Assembly (NCBI GenBank): GCA_965215565.1
Contig: CBDCDZ010000004.1
Span: forward strand, 2,528,001 to 2,592,000
DNA length: 64,000 nucleotides
Reading direction: 5' to 3'
Source of the DNA: Trueperaceae bacterium
GTDB lineage: Bacteria > Deinococcota > Deinococci > Deinococcales > Trueperaceae
Shown piece after piece: positions 8,604 through 17,569 of this stretch. A program made the position numbers and the translations under genes. Under the pieces are notes generated by a model. The model did no database searches, was not told where the DNA came from, and worked only from the letters and a program-made list of their open reading frames with translations. Position 1 is the stretch's first letter. Every line of letters starts with the position of its first letter.

Positions 8604-9515
8604 ATGCCCGTTCACCCATGTCAGCAGAAGAGCCCCAAAATACCGTTCCGCTTGCTATCCTACAAGGTGTACGTACAGACCATCCCCACCCTGCCCGAGA
8701 CCTTACCCCAGCTTACCTCACATCTGCAAGGGCGGCGCGTGCTCGTCCTCTCCGGCGCGGGCATCAGCACCGAGTCGGGCATCCCCGACTACCGGGGACC
8801 CGAAAGTTCGAAGAAGCCGCGTAACCCAATGCGCTATGGGCAATTTGTCGGCAGCGAGGCGGCGCGGCAGCGCTACTGGGCGCGGAGCTTTCGCGGCTGG
8901 CAGCGCGTCTATAAGGCGCAGCCTAACGCGGGGCATAGAGCGTTAGCGCAGCTCGAGCAGGGGCGCGGCTTCACCGGACTCATCACTCAGAATGTCGACG
9001 GGCTCCACCAGGCGGCGGGCAGCCGCAACGTTTTAGAGTTGCACGGCAGCCTAGCCGCCGTGCGCTGCTTGGCGTGCCGGGGCGTGGAGTCGCGGCGGAA
9101 GTTGCAGCGCAGGATGCGCTCGGCTAACCCCGCCCTGCATATAAGCGCTACCGATATCGCACCTGACGGCGACGCAGAGGTGTCCGAAGAGGCGATCCGC
9201 CGTTTCAACGTCCCAGCTTGTGAAAGGTGCGGCGGCGTCCTCAAGCCGGACGTGGTTTTTTTCGGCGAGAACGTGCCCAAAGCGCGCGTCTCGAGGGCGT
9301 GGAGCATGTACGAGCAGGCTGACGTCCTCCTCGTCGTCGGCTCGTCGCTCACTGTCTTTTCGGGCTACCGCTTCGTGGCGCGGGCGGCGAAAGAGGACAA
9401 GCCCGTGGTGATCATCAACGCAGGTCCGACGAGGGGCGACAAGGACGCTTGCTTGTGTGTGGACGCCAGGCTGGGCGAGGTGTTGCCGAGTTTGGTGAAG
9501 ACGCTGTGCACGTAG
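8604..9515 (+). CDS. Sir2-family NAD-dependent deacylase (SIRT4-like); true start probably about 8667
   Basis: GAGISTESGIPDYR, TQNVDGLH, HG, two CxxC pairs, KPDVVFFGE, GSSL. Confidence 0.92.
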   Translation: MPVHPCQQKSPKIPFRLLSYKVYVQTIPTLPETLPQLTSHLQGRRVLVLSGAGISTESGIPDYRGPESSKKPRNPMRYGQFVGSEAARQRYWARSFRGWQRVYKAQPNAGHRALAQLEQGRGFTGLITQNVDGLHQAAGSRNVLELHGSLAAVRCLACRGVESRRKLQRRMRSANPALHISATDIAPDGDAEVSEEAIRRFNVPACERCGGVLKPDVVFFGENVPKARVSRAWSMYEQADVLLVVGSSLTVFSGYRFVARAAKEDKPVVIINAGPTRGDKDACLCVDARLGEVLPSLVKTLCT

Positions 9516-9554
9516 CGCTGACGTCCTCTGAAATCAACTTGCGGCGCTGATAGG

Positions 9555-9617
9555 GAGCAATGAAGAACGAGCAATGAGTTGAAAGTGGAAATCAAAGATT
9601 TTCACTCATTGCTCATT
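9555..9617. repeat. GAGCAAT-heptamer hairpin repeat, copy 1 (others 28799-28890, 39712-39780, 41252-41313, 61897-61990)
   Basis: Tandem GAGCAAT units followed by their reverse complement ATTGCTC in five intergenic regions. Confidence 0.8.
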
Positions 9618-9623
9618 AGCTTT

Positions 9624-12194
9624 TTATAGCCTCGGGTCCACCGGCTCACTCTCCAACGCCAGCACGCCAAACACACATTCGTGCACGCGGTAGAAAGGTT
9701 CGCCTCTCACGAAGCGTTCTAACGCTTCGATTCCTAATGCAAATTCACGTAGCGCTAGCGAACGCTTCGCGGACACGTTGCGCGCCTTTAGCCGCTCTAG
9801 GTGCTGCGGCAGCGCGTATTCTGGACCGTAGATGAGCCTGAGATATTCCCTACCTCTTACCTTGACGGCGGGTTGGACGAGGGTTTGCCTCGCCTCGGCT
9901 TCCGTTTTACCTTCGGCGATAAACTCGAGCGGTTTCACCACCATCCCTTCACCGCCTCTCGCCGTCAAGTCTTCCCACCAAGTCACCGCGTCGGCGACGC
10001 TCGCGTCGTCCTCCAAATCAACTTTGATGAACGCCGTGCGCTGTAACGAGCCTGACAGATACTTCGCCAGCGTCTCCAGGTGCCACACGTGCGTCTTGTC
10101 CGTGTGAACTGCGCCCTCGGTGGCTAAGAGGTGAAAGGGGGCGAGCTTGAGGTCATCCGCCGAGGTGACGTTCCAGCAGTAGCGCCGATACGCCTCGCGG
10201 TAGCGCGTGACGCTCTGGGACCTCTTCGTCATCTCTCCTCGCAAGGTGGACATCTCGAGCCCCCTTCGCTCAGCCTGCTCCAGCGCTGAAAGCGTTTCGC
10301 CCAGAGCGCGCTCCGCCGCCGTCCCTACCGCTGCGTACTGCTCCTCTAGGAGCCGCTGCGCCTTTGCGGACCAGGGCAGGAGTTCGGTGTCCAAACAGAC
10401 CCAGTCGGTTTGGAAGTCGCGCCAGAAGTTCGTCTCCTCTAAAGAGGTGCGGACGCGGGCGAGCAGGTCTTTTTCTAGAGAGGTACTCGAGAAAAAGGGT
10501 CTCCCGGTGCGCGTGTAAAAGATGCCGTCACGCCCGCCTGTCACACCGAAACGCCGCGCCGCGACCGCTCGGTTACGGCAGAGGACGAGGACGGTGCGAG
10601 AGCCCATGTGCTTCTCTTGACACACGACCTCTCGGACCCCTGCGCGGTAGTAACTGGCGAAAGCTTCGTCGGGATGCTCCAACAGCTCCGGGCGCTTCGA
10701 GGTTTGCGGGGCCGCCATCGTCGGCGGCAGGTAGATGAGCCACTTGGGGTTCACGGCGGCGCGGCTCATCACCTCTAAAGCGGCGGCCGCGTTCTCCTCG
10801 CGGATGGTGACGCTACTGCGCAGCCGCGTGGCGATCTGGCGCTTGCCAAGCACATCTTCGATGTCGAGGACGCCACCTGAACGCTCTTTTGTAGGAGAGA
10901 GAAAGGGGCGCGCACTCTCGGCGTAGACCTCTTGCGCGGGGACGGAGACGGTCTCCATCTCCGGGTAGCGGAGCGCCGTGAGCGCGCCGCCGAAGACGCA
11001 GCCCGTGTCGATATTCACCGTGCGGTTGAGGTGATAAGGCTCTGCCACGGGCGTATGGCCGTAAACGACGAACGCCTCGCCCCGGTAAGACGCCGCCCAG
11101 TTGCGCCGTACCGGGAGCCCGTACTCATCGGTCTCGCCCGTCGTGTCGCCAAAGAGCGCGAAGGCGCGCACCGCGCCCGAGGCGCGCCCTTGCAGGTCTT
11201 CCGTGAGCCCCGCGTGCGCCGCGACGAGCTTGCCGCCGTCCAGGATGTAGTGGCTCACCAAACCGTCAATAAAACTCGCCATCTCCTTCTCAAAGGCGGG
11301 GCGCACCTCTTCGGGGAGGGCGTCGAGTTCCTCTACGGTCTTCTCGAGCCCGTGCTTTAGCTTGACCTCCTTGCCGCGCAACTTTTTAAGCAGCTTCACG
11401 TCGTGATTGCCCGGCACGCAGAGTGCGTGACCTGCGCCTACCATCGCCTCGACGAGCCCCAGAGCGTCTAGGTTGCGCGGACCTCGGTCCATCAAGTCAC
11501 CGAGGAAGACCGCCCTGCGCCCTCCGGGGTGCGCGTAGAGACGCGGATAGAAACCTCGTTCTGCGTCCCGCTCCGTCCAGGTGTAGCCGAGCTTACCTAG
11601 CAACCCCTCCAACTCGTCGCAGCACCCGTGCACGTCCCCGATGAGGTCGAAAGGACCGCTTTCGTCTCGCTTGTCCGTCCAGAGGGGTTGACGTACGACG
11701 CGCGCCACGCCCACCTCTTCGGGCGAGCCCAGCACGTATATGTAGCGAAACCCCTCGCGCTTCAGACCCTTGAGCGAGCGTCTGAGTTGCCGGGTCTGGT
11801 TGCGCACGACGTGAGGACCGAAGTCGCGTTCAGGGCGCGCCGCGTTGCGCGCTTGGAGGAGCTTTTCGGGCAAGTCGAAGACGATAGCCGCCGCGAGGCA
11901 GTGGTGCGTGCGGGCGAGTTGCAGCAAAGTGGCGCGGTCTTCGCGCCGCACGCTGGTGGCGTCGATGACGGTCAAGCGGCGGTGTGAGAGGCGCTTAGCC
12001 GCGACGGTGCGCACCAGTTCAAAGGCGTCTTTCGTGACGGAGAGGTCATTTTCGTTGTCGCTAATAGCGGCGCGGCAGGCGTCCGAAGAGATGACCTCGG
12101 TCGGTTTGAAGTGCTTCGCCGCGAAGTGTGATTTGCCCGCGCCCGACGCGCCGACTAAGAGGATGAGGGAGAATTCGGGAACGCTGAGGTTCAC
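9624..12194 (-). CDS. pnkp: Polynucleotide kinase-phosphatase-ligase (bacterial Pnkp)
   Basis: P-loop GASGAGKS; metallophosphoesterase GDVHG, GDLMDRG, GNHD; ligase motif EKHMGSR; C-terminal VDPRL. Confidence 0.95.
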   Translation of the reverse strand: MNLSVPEFSLILLVGASGAGKSHFAAKHFKPTEVISSDACRAAISDNENDLSVTKDAFELVRTVAAKRLSHRRLTVIDATSVRREDRATLLQLARTHHCLAAAIVFDLPEKLLQARNAARPERDFGPHVVRNQTRQLRRSLKGLKREGFRYIYVLGSPEEVGVARVVRQPLWTDKRDESGPFDLIGDVHGCCDELEGLLGKLGYTWTERDAERGFYPRLYAHPGGRRAVFLGDLMDRGPRNLDALGLVEAMVGAGHALCVPGNHDVKLLKKLRGKEVKLKHGLEKTVEELDALPEEVRPAFEKEMASFIDGLVSHYILDGGKLVAAHAGLTEDLQGRASGAVRAFALFGDTTGETDEYGLPVRRNWAASYRGEAFVVYGHTPVAEPYHLNRTVNIDTGCVFGGALTALRYPEMETVSVPAQEVYAESARPFLSPTKERSGGVLDIEDVLGKRQIATRLRSSVTIREENAAAALEVMSRAAVNPKWLIYLPPTMAAPQTSKRPELLEHPDEAFASYYRAGVREVVCQEKHMGSRTVLVLCRNRAVAARRFGVTGGRDGIFYTRTGRPFFSSTSLEKDLLARVRTSLEETNFWRDFQTDWVCLDTELLPWSAKAQRLLEEQYAAVGTAAERALGETLSALEQAERRGLEMSTLRGEMTKRSQSVTRYREAYRRYCWNVTSADDLKLAPFHLLATEGAVHTDKTHVWHLETLAKYLSGSLQRTAFIKVDLEDDASVADAVTWWEDLTARGGEGMVVKPLEFIAEGKTEAEARQTLVQPAVKVRGREYLRLIYGPEYALPQHLERLKARNVSAKRSLALREFALGIEALERFVRGEPFYRVHECVFGVLALESEPVDPRL

Positions 12195-13600
12195 GGCGAC
12201 ACCTCTAGCCTCTCCCGTTCATCTTCTACATTCTCGAGCCTGAACACCCCAACTTGCGTCGGCGCACCTACTTCGTCTTTGAGTAAGACGTCAGTGCTAA
12301 TCGCGCCTAAATGGAGTTTGTAGCTGTACCGCGTCGCCACCCCTTGCGCCCACGCCCGAAACTCCGCCCTGGTCCACTCGAAACGGTGGTCAGGGTGGCG
12401 AAAGGTGCCCTCGTCCATGCCAAAACGCACATTGTAATCCCGGTTCGGCGTCGTGAGGATGACGGTCTCGGGGCGCGCGTGACCGAATACGTTCGCCTCG
12501 AACGCTGTTAGCTGAAAGGGCTCCAAGTGCTCGACGACTTCGACGATAGCAGCAGCGTCAAACCCTGTGAGCCTCGAGTCTCTATAGAGGAGTGAACTTT
12601 GAAAGAGGTTCACCCGCTCTTTCGAAGGTGAGGACCCTAACCAACGCGCCGCTTTCGCAAGTGAACGAGTCGAAACGTCCATCCCGGCAATGTGGGCGAA
12701 CTGCGGCTCCTGGACAAGCAGCTTTAGGAGCTTGCCCTCACCGCAACCGAGGTCGAGCACGCGCCTCGCGCCGCTCTCTTTGAGCCGGTCGCGTACCCAG
12801 TTCAGGCGTTCATCATGGAGTCTGAGCGTGCTTGTCCCGTCTATCTTCGTAGCGGGTTCCGGCTCCTCGTCGGTTAAAGACGCCAACGCCGAGGCCGCCA
12901 AGCCCCGCTGATGCTTAAGGTAGCGCCTCGTGATGAGCTCGCGCTCAGGGTGGCGCTCCAGCCAGCCCTCCCCTTTCGCCAAGAGGTTGTCCACCTCATC
13001 TTCTTCGATCCAGTAGTGCTTGTCGTCGTCTAAAACGGGGATGAGCACGTAGAGGTGGCGCAGCAGCTCGGCGAGCGTGAGCGTGCCCGAGAGGGTCACG
13101 CTGTAGTAGGCGCTCTCGCCCCAACTCGGGAACGCCGCGTCGAGGGGGTAGGGCTCAGCCCTTACGGTATAGCCGAGGGGTCCGAAAAGCCGCTCGAGCA
13201 GCGCGCCGCCCCCCTTATCGCTGCGGCAGGGCAAAGAGGTCAGCTTGGCTTCGAGCGGCAGAGGGGTCTCGGTCAACTCGGGCTTAGCGTTGCACCTGCC
13301 CCCTAACGCGCTGCCAAACACGCGAGCCAGCGCCACGCTTATGAGTGAAGAGGTGGCGTAGGGGCGGTCATTGACGTAGGGCTGCAAGGCGAAACTGGGC
13401 GCGCCGCCGCGCCGCGTCAAGCGCACCGGGTCAACGGCTAGCAGGAGCGCCGCCGTGCAGCGCGCCTCGCCCGCTTCGGGGTAGAAGACGTGCGCTTCGC
13501 CGAAAGGCAGGCTAAAGGTCTGCGCCTTGTCCGGGTGTTTGTGCAAGAGGTAGCCGAGGTCGGTGGCGGGGACGTGGGTGGTAGCGAGGGTCAAGAGCAT
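12191..13600 (-). CDS. hen1: 3'-terminal RNA ribose 2'-O-methyltransferase Hen1
   Basis: ATDLGYLLHKHP N-terminus; VLDLGCGEG, EVVEH, TTPN, RHPDHRFEW; 4-nt overlap with pnkp. Confidence 0.95.
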   Translation of the reverse strand: MLLTLATTHVPATDLGYLLHKHPDKAQTFSLPFGEAHVFYPEAGEARCTAALLLAVDPVRLTRRGGAPSFALQPYVNDRPYATSSLISVALARVFGSALGGRCNAKPELTETPLPLEAKLTSLPCRSDKGGGALLERLFGPLGYTVRAEPYPLDAAFPSWGESAYYSVTLSGTLTLAELLRHLYVLIPVLDDDKHYWIEEDEVDNLLAKGEGWLERHPERELITRRYLKHQRGLAASALASLTDEEPEPATKIDGTSTLRLHDERLNWVRDRLKESGARRVLDLGCGEGKLLKLLVQEPQFAHIAGMDVSTRSLAKAARWLGSSPSKERVNLFQSSLLYRDSRLTGFDAAAIVEVVEHLEPFQLTAFEANVFGHARPETVILTTPNRDYNVRFGMDEGTFRHPDHRFEWTRAEFRAWAQGVATRYSYKLHLGAISTDVLLKDEVGAPTQVGVFRLENVEDERERLEVSP

Positions 13601-13675
13601 AGCGTCCCCGTCCTCACGCTCCGGGTTTCGTGCTCCTTATGTAGAGGTGCGCGCGCGTTCACGAACGCTATTCTA

Positions 13676-13778
13676 TACGGATTCCGACTACATAAACTCC
13701 GACACTGCGTGCTTCTACGGAGCCGGAGTTGATTTCGTCCCTTTCAGGGGTACTTCGTGAAGCTCATCGGAATCCGTA
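13676..13778. repeat. Deinococcus small non-coding repeat / MITE-like element
   Basis: Perfect 12-bp terminal inverted repeat TACGGATTCCGA/TCGGAATCCGTA; internal AACTCCG/CGGAGTT arms. Confidence 0.65.
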
Positions 13779-14130
13779 GTTTTTTCAACTCGTTAGAGAG
13801 TCCTCAACCGCTAGCGGGAGCGAACTAGCCCCAACGGGGCGGGCTTTGCCCGTTCTAGGGTCCACGCGACTGCGTATCATGCCATTGTAAACGGCTCGTA
13901 CTGGCTATTCGTTGATGTTACCATCGGTTGAAGACTCTTTACTCGGATTAATTCTTTTAAGAATTAACCGGAAATGGTGTTAGCACCGACACCCTCGACA
14001 TCAACGCGATGTTCATCAACGCTTCATGAACATCTACTCACAAAATTTGTGGTCGATTCGACGTAGTATTCACATAATGCCACTCGTCAGCATCATATTA
14101 CCGCTGGCATCACATTAAGGAGGCTACATC

Positions 14131-14697
14131 ATGACGATGTCCGCCACTTCACGCACACTCTTACTCCTCACCTGGCTGCTGTTAGGGCTCTTACTGGGCG
14201 CGTGCGCCGAGGGAGACACCCCTGCGGACACGCCCTCCAGGGAAGCTGACTTTGAGGGCACGCTGAACGCGAGCTACTACTTCTTGCCCGAGGACACCAC
14301 CGCGCTACCCGACTTCGACGCGCTCACGCCCGAGGGTGAGTTGCAAAACCCTTCACTGAACATCTCGAGGCGCGACTTCGAGCAGGGCTTCCCAGGTATT
14401 CCAGAACGCACCACCTTCTTTGGGGTTCTCTACACGGGCACCTTTACCCTGGAAACAGAAGGTAGCTACACCTTTAGGCTCCTCTCGGACGACGGCTCGA
14501 GGCTCTACATCGACAACCAACTCGTGGTTGACCTCAACGGCTCTCACGACACGTTGGAGGAGAGCGCAACGGTGACGCTGGACGCGAGCACGCACAGCTT
14601 GCGCGTGGAGTATTTCCAGGGACCCGGCGACGAACTCTCCTTACAGCTTTTCGTGACGCCGCCCGGTGAGGACGAGCAGATTTTCACGGTTCAGTAG
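14131..14697 (+). CDS. PA14-domain lipoprotein
   Basis: Lipobox LLGAC; YTFRLLSDDGSRLYID and LRVEYFQ PA14 signature; AAGGAGG RBS. Confidence 0.85.
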   Translation: MTMSATSRTLLLLTWLLLGLLLGACAEGDTPADTPSREADFEGTLNASYYFLPEDTTALPDFDALTPEGELQNPSLNISRRDFEQGFPGIPERTTFFGVLYTGTFTLETEGSYTFRLLSDDGSRLYIDNQLVVDLNGSHDTLEESATVTLDASTHSLRVEYFQGPGDELSLQLFVTPPGEDEQIFTVQ

Positions 14698-15113
14698 TCG
14701 GGCTCGCCCGAGCACCTTGAATAGATTGTAGACAAGACGTGTATAAAATGGCAGACATTCATCTAACGGGTACCTGACGCGCTGAGAGAAGGAGAGACCA
14801 AGGGTGCATATAGAATATGAGGAGCGCTTCTCCTTCTCCTACGTTCTCTCCCGCACGCTTCTAATGCCACGCTCCAGTACCATTCCACGTTATTAACGCT
14901 CCGCGCGCCTTCAGCGTAAGCCACTTTTGCACGGCTGCTCTCACTCTGTATAAGATGGGGCTGGGCGCTAACGTCATCTAACAACACAACCCTACAGCGA
15001 ACTTCCGCAAGCCCACTAACCCCAACGAAAAATTTTGAATAGTGATGATCTGATGACGAGATAAACGCATGAGGACGAATTACGTGAGACACGTGCGTAG
15101 GAGAGGCAGCCGA

Positions 15114-16445
15114 GTGAAACCGATACCTAAAGACAACATGAAGACCGCCGCGAACACCTCTATGAGCCGAGACCCTGCGCGCTATCCCGCGTGGCTGCGC
15201 CTTCTCGCGCTCACCGCGCTGCTGAGCAGCGGCGTGGGCGCGGCGCAGGGCAGCTTAGAGGCGTTTCTGGCGTCTTTGGACTCTTATCCGGGTTTGCAGG
15301 CAGCGCGCACCTCGTTAGCGCTAGCGGAGGCGCGCTTGCGCAGCGCGTATGACCCTTTCAGCTTGCAGCTTAACAGCGCGTTCGACCCGCAGCCCGCCGA
15401 GGACGATCCGACGTTCACCGCCTCTGCGGGCGCGGTCTTTCGTCCCTTTCTATACGGCGAACGCGCCGACTTCGTACGGCAGAGCGAGTTGGCGTTAGCC
15501 CAAGCGCGGCTCGACTACGCTGAGACGCTCGCCAACTTGGAAGTCGAGGCGCTAGAGGCGGCTTGGAGCTTGCAACTCGCCGAGGAGTCGCTGGAGCTTG
15601 CCCGCGAAGGTGCCACCGTCGCGGAGCGCGCGTTGGCTTCGGCGCAGGCGCGCTTGGAGCGGGGCGTCGCCAACCCGCCCGAGGTGCGCAGCGCCGACCT
15701 CGGGTTGGGCGAAGCGCAGAACCTCCAGGCAGACGCGCAAGACGTGCTCGCGCTCGCGGCGCAGCGCTTGGAGACCTTTGTCGGCGACGTGCAACTCACT
15801 ACGCTACCCGAATACCCAGTGCCCGAGGCGGGCGTGCCCCTCACGGTGCAGCGCGCGCAGCTCGAGGTTGCGCTCGAGCAGATAGACGTCGGCGCAACGC
15901 AGCGCAGCCTCCTACCGGTGGTGCAAGCGAGCTACGACGTGGGCATCGACGCGCGTAACGCGCTCACCGCCTCCATCAGCTCCGACACGTTCGCGCCCCG
16001 CGTCGGCTACAGCTATACGAGCAACGGCGCGGACACGGGCTTCCGCCTGGAGGTCTCCTACAACATTGAGCTGAGCGACTTCGAGACGGTGGACATCGCC
16101 ACGGGCGAAGTGAGCCGCGCCGAAGCCGCCCTGCAAAACGCGGCGCAGCGGGCGCAGCTCGAGCGTTCGGGTTTGGACAACGCTCTCTCTAGCGCGCAGC
16201 GCAACCTAGACCTCGCGCGGCGCACCTTTGAAAACGCGCAGCAGACTCTAGAGGAGACCCAAGCGCGCGAAGAACTCGGGCTCAGCTTGCCCTTAGAGAC
16301 CCAGCAAGCTGCCGTCGACGTGACCCAAGCCGGGCAGAACTTTCAGGCGGCTCGCCTGGCGGTGCAAGCCGCGCGCTTCGACCTCTACGAGTTCTACGCG
16401 CTGCCCCCCTCGAGCGTCACCGCCCAGACAGGGAGCCAACCGTGA
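15114..16445 (+). CDS. TolC-family outer membrane efflux protein (start uncertain, 15069-15138)
   Basis: Signal peptide, Ala/Gln-rich helical repeats, ARLERGVA and EELGLS turns. Confidence 0.75.
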   Translation: MKPIPKDNMKTAANTSMSRDPARYPAWLRLLALTALLSSGVGAAQGSLEAFLASLDSYPGLQAARTSLALAEARLRSAYDPFSLQLNSAFDPQPAEDDPTFTASAGAVFRPFLYGERADFVRQSELALAQARLDYAETLANLEVEALEAAWSLQLAEESLELAREGATVAERALASAQARLERGVANPPEVRSADLGLGEAQNLQADAQDVLALAAQRLETFVGDVQLTTLPEYPVPEAGVPLTVQRAQLEVALEQIDVGATQRSLLPVVQASYDVGIDARNALTASISSDTFAPRVGYSYTSNGADTGFRLEVSYNIELSDFETVDIATGEVSRAEAALQNAAQRAQLERSGLDNALSSAQRNLDLARRTFENAQQTLEETQAREELGLSLPLETQQAAVDVTQAGQNFQAARLAVQAARFDLYEFYALPPSSVTAQTGSQP

Positions 16446-17569
16446 AGCGGCTCATCTTGACCTTTACAGCCGCTTTCGCGCTCATAGCGGGCGCGTTCGC
16501 GCTGACCTTGGAGGAAGCCTTAGAGAGCGCTCTTAACCGCCCCGCTATCCTGACCGCTCAGCTCGAACTCGATGAGGCGAGGGTGAACTTGGAGCGCCGC
16601 GAGGCGGACCCGCTCGCGCTGCGCCCCGAGGTGGAGGCGGCGCGGCAGCGCTCCAGACTTGCGCAAGCGTCTTATGAGCGGGCGTATTTTCAGAGCATCG
16701 CGGAGGTGGGCAGCGCCTACGCGAACGCGCTCAGCGCGCGGCAGGAGGCGGAGCTAGCGAGCCGGCGCGTCTCCCTAAACGAACAGCTCGTTCGCGCCGC
16801 TGAAATCCGCGCGGCGAACGGCACCGCGACGGCGCTCGACTTGCAGGAGGCGCAAACGGCGTTAGAGGGGGCGCAGCAGGCGCAGAGCGCCGCGCAAGAG
16901 GCGCTCAACTTGGCGCAGCGCCGCCTCAACGGGCTTTTGAAGGGAACGGTGCGCTTAGAGTCTTTAGAGCCCATCCCCGACGCGGCGCTCGTAAACGTGC
17001 CGCCCTTGGAGCGTGTTTTAGACGCCGCCGAAGGGCATCCTATCGTGCTGGAGGCGCAGCAGACCTTAGAGCTAGCCGAACTCAGCCGCGACCTCTTAGA
17101 CCCCGTCTTCACGCCGCGCTCCGAGATCGAGAGCGCCCGTGTTCAACTCGAAGCCGCGCAGGAGACCGCTCGAGAAGTCGCCCGCGATTACGCTTTAGAG
17201 ATGCGCGACCTCTACTCGCAAGCGCAGACGACGCGCACGGCGTATAATGTCGCCAGAGACAGGCTCGCGAACGCCCAGGAGCGGCTCGCCGCGCAGCAAA
17301 ACCGCCTAGAAGCGGGGCTCATCTCCGAACTCGAGCTGAGACAGACCGAAATCGCCTTTAACGAAGCCGAGTTCGAGGCGTTGTCCGCGAGAAGCGCCTA
17401 CCTGAGCGCCCTGCTCGCCCTGCAATCGGGCTCACTCACCGAGCTGACGAGCGACTTCCTCAGCGATATCGAGGGAGGTACCGGAGGGCAAAGTGGAGGC
17501 GTCAGCAACACCACGGGCGGAGGCGGCACTGCTGATGCGGGTGAAGATACAGGTGGAGGTACAGAGTAA
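16442..17569 (+). CDS. TolC-family protein
   Basis: ALTLEEALESAL start; RAANGTATALDL and RLEAGLISELEL repeats. Confidence 0.8.
   Translation: MKRLILTFTAAFALIAGAFALTLEEALESALNRPAILTAQLELDEARVNLERREADPLALRPEVEAARQRSRLAQASYERAYFQSIAEVGSAYANALSARQEAELASRRVSLNEQLVRAAEIRAANGTATALDLQEAQTALEGAQQAQSAAQEALNLAQRRLNGLLKGTVRLESLEPIPDAALVNVPPLERVLDAAEGHPIVLEAQQTLELAELSRDLLDPVFTPRSEIESARVQLEAAQETAREVARDYALEMRDLYSQAQTTRTAYNVARDRLANAQERLAAQQNRLEAGLISELELRQTEIAFNEAEFEALSARSAYLSALLALQSGSLTELTSDFLSDIEGGTGGQSGGVSNTTGGGGTADAGEDTGGGTE

Noticed and set aside
8604..9515. Sir2 as an anti-phage NADase (Thoeris/DSR type)
   Set aside because: It has the canonical zinc-ribbon sirtuin architecture, native GC content and no defence partner genes.
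14763..15092. 109-aa minus-strand ORF between the PA14 and TolC genes
   Set aside because: No recognisable motifs, atypical composition and opposite to the flanking genes.
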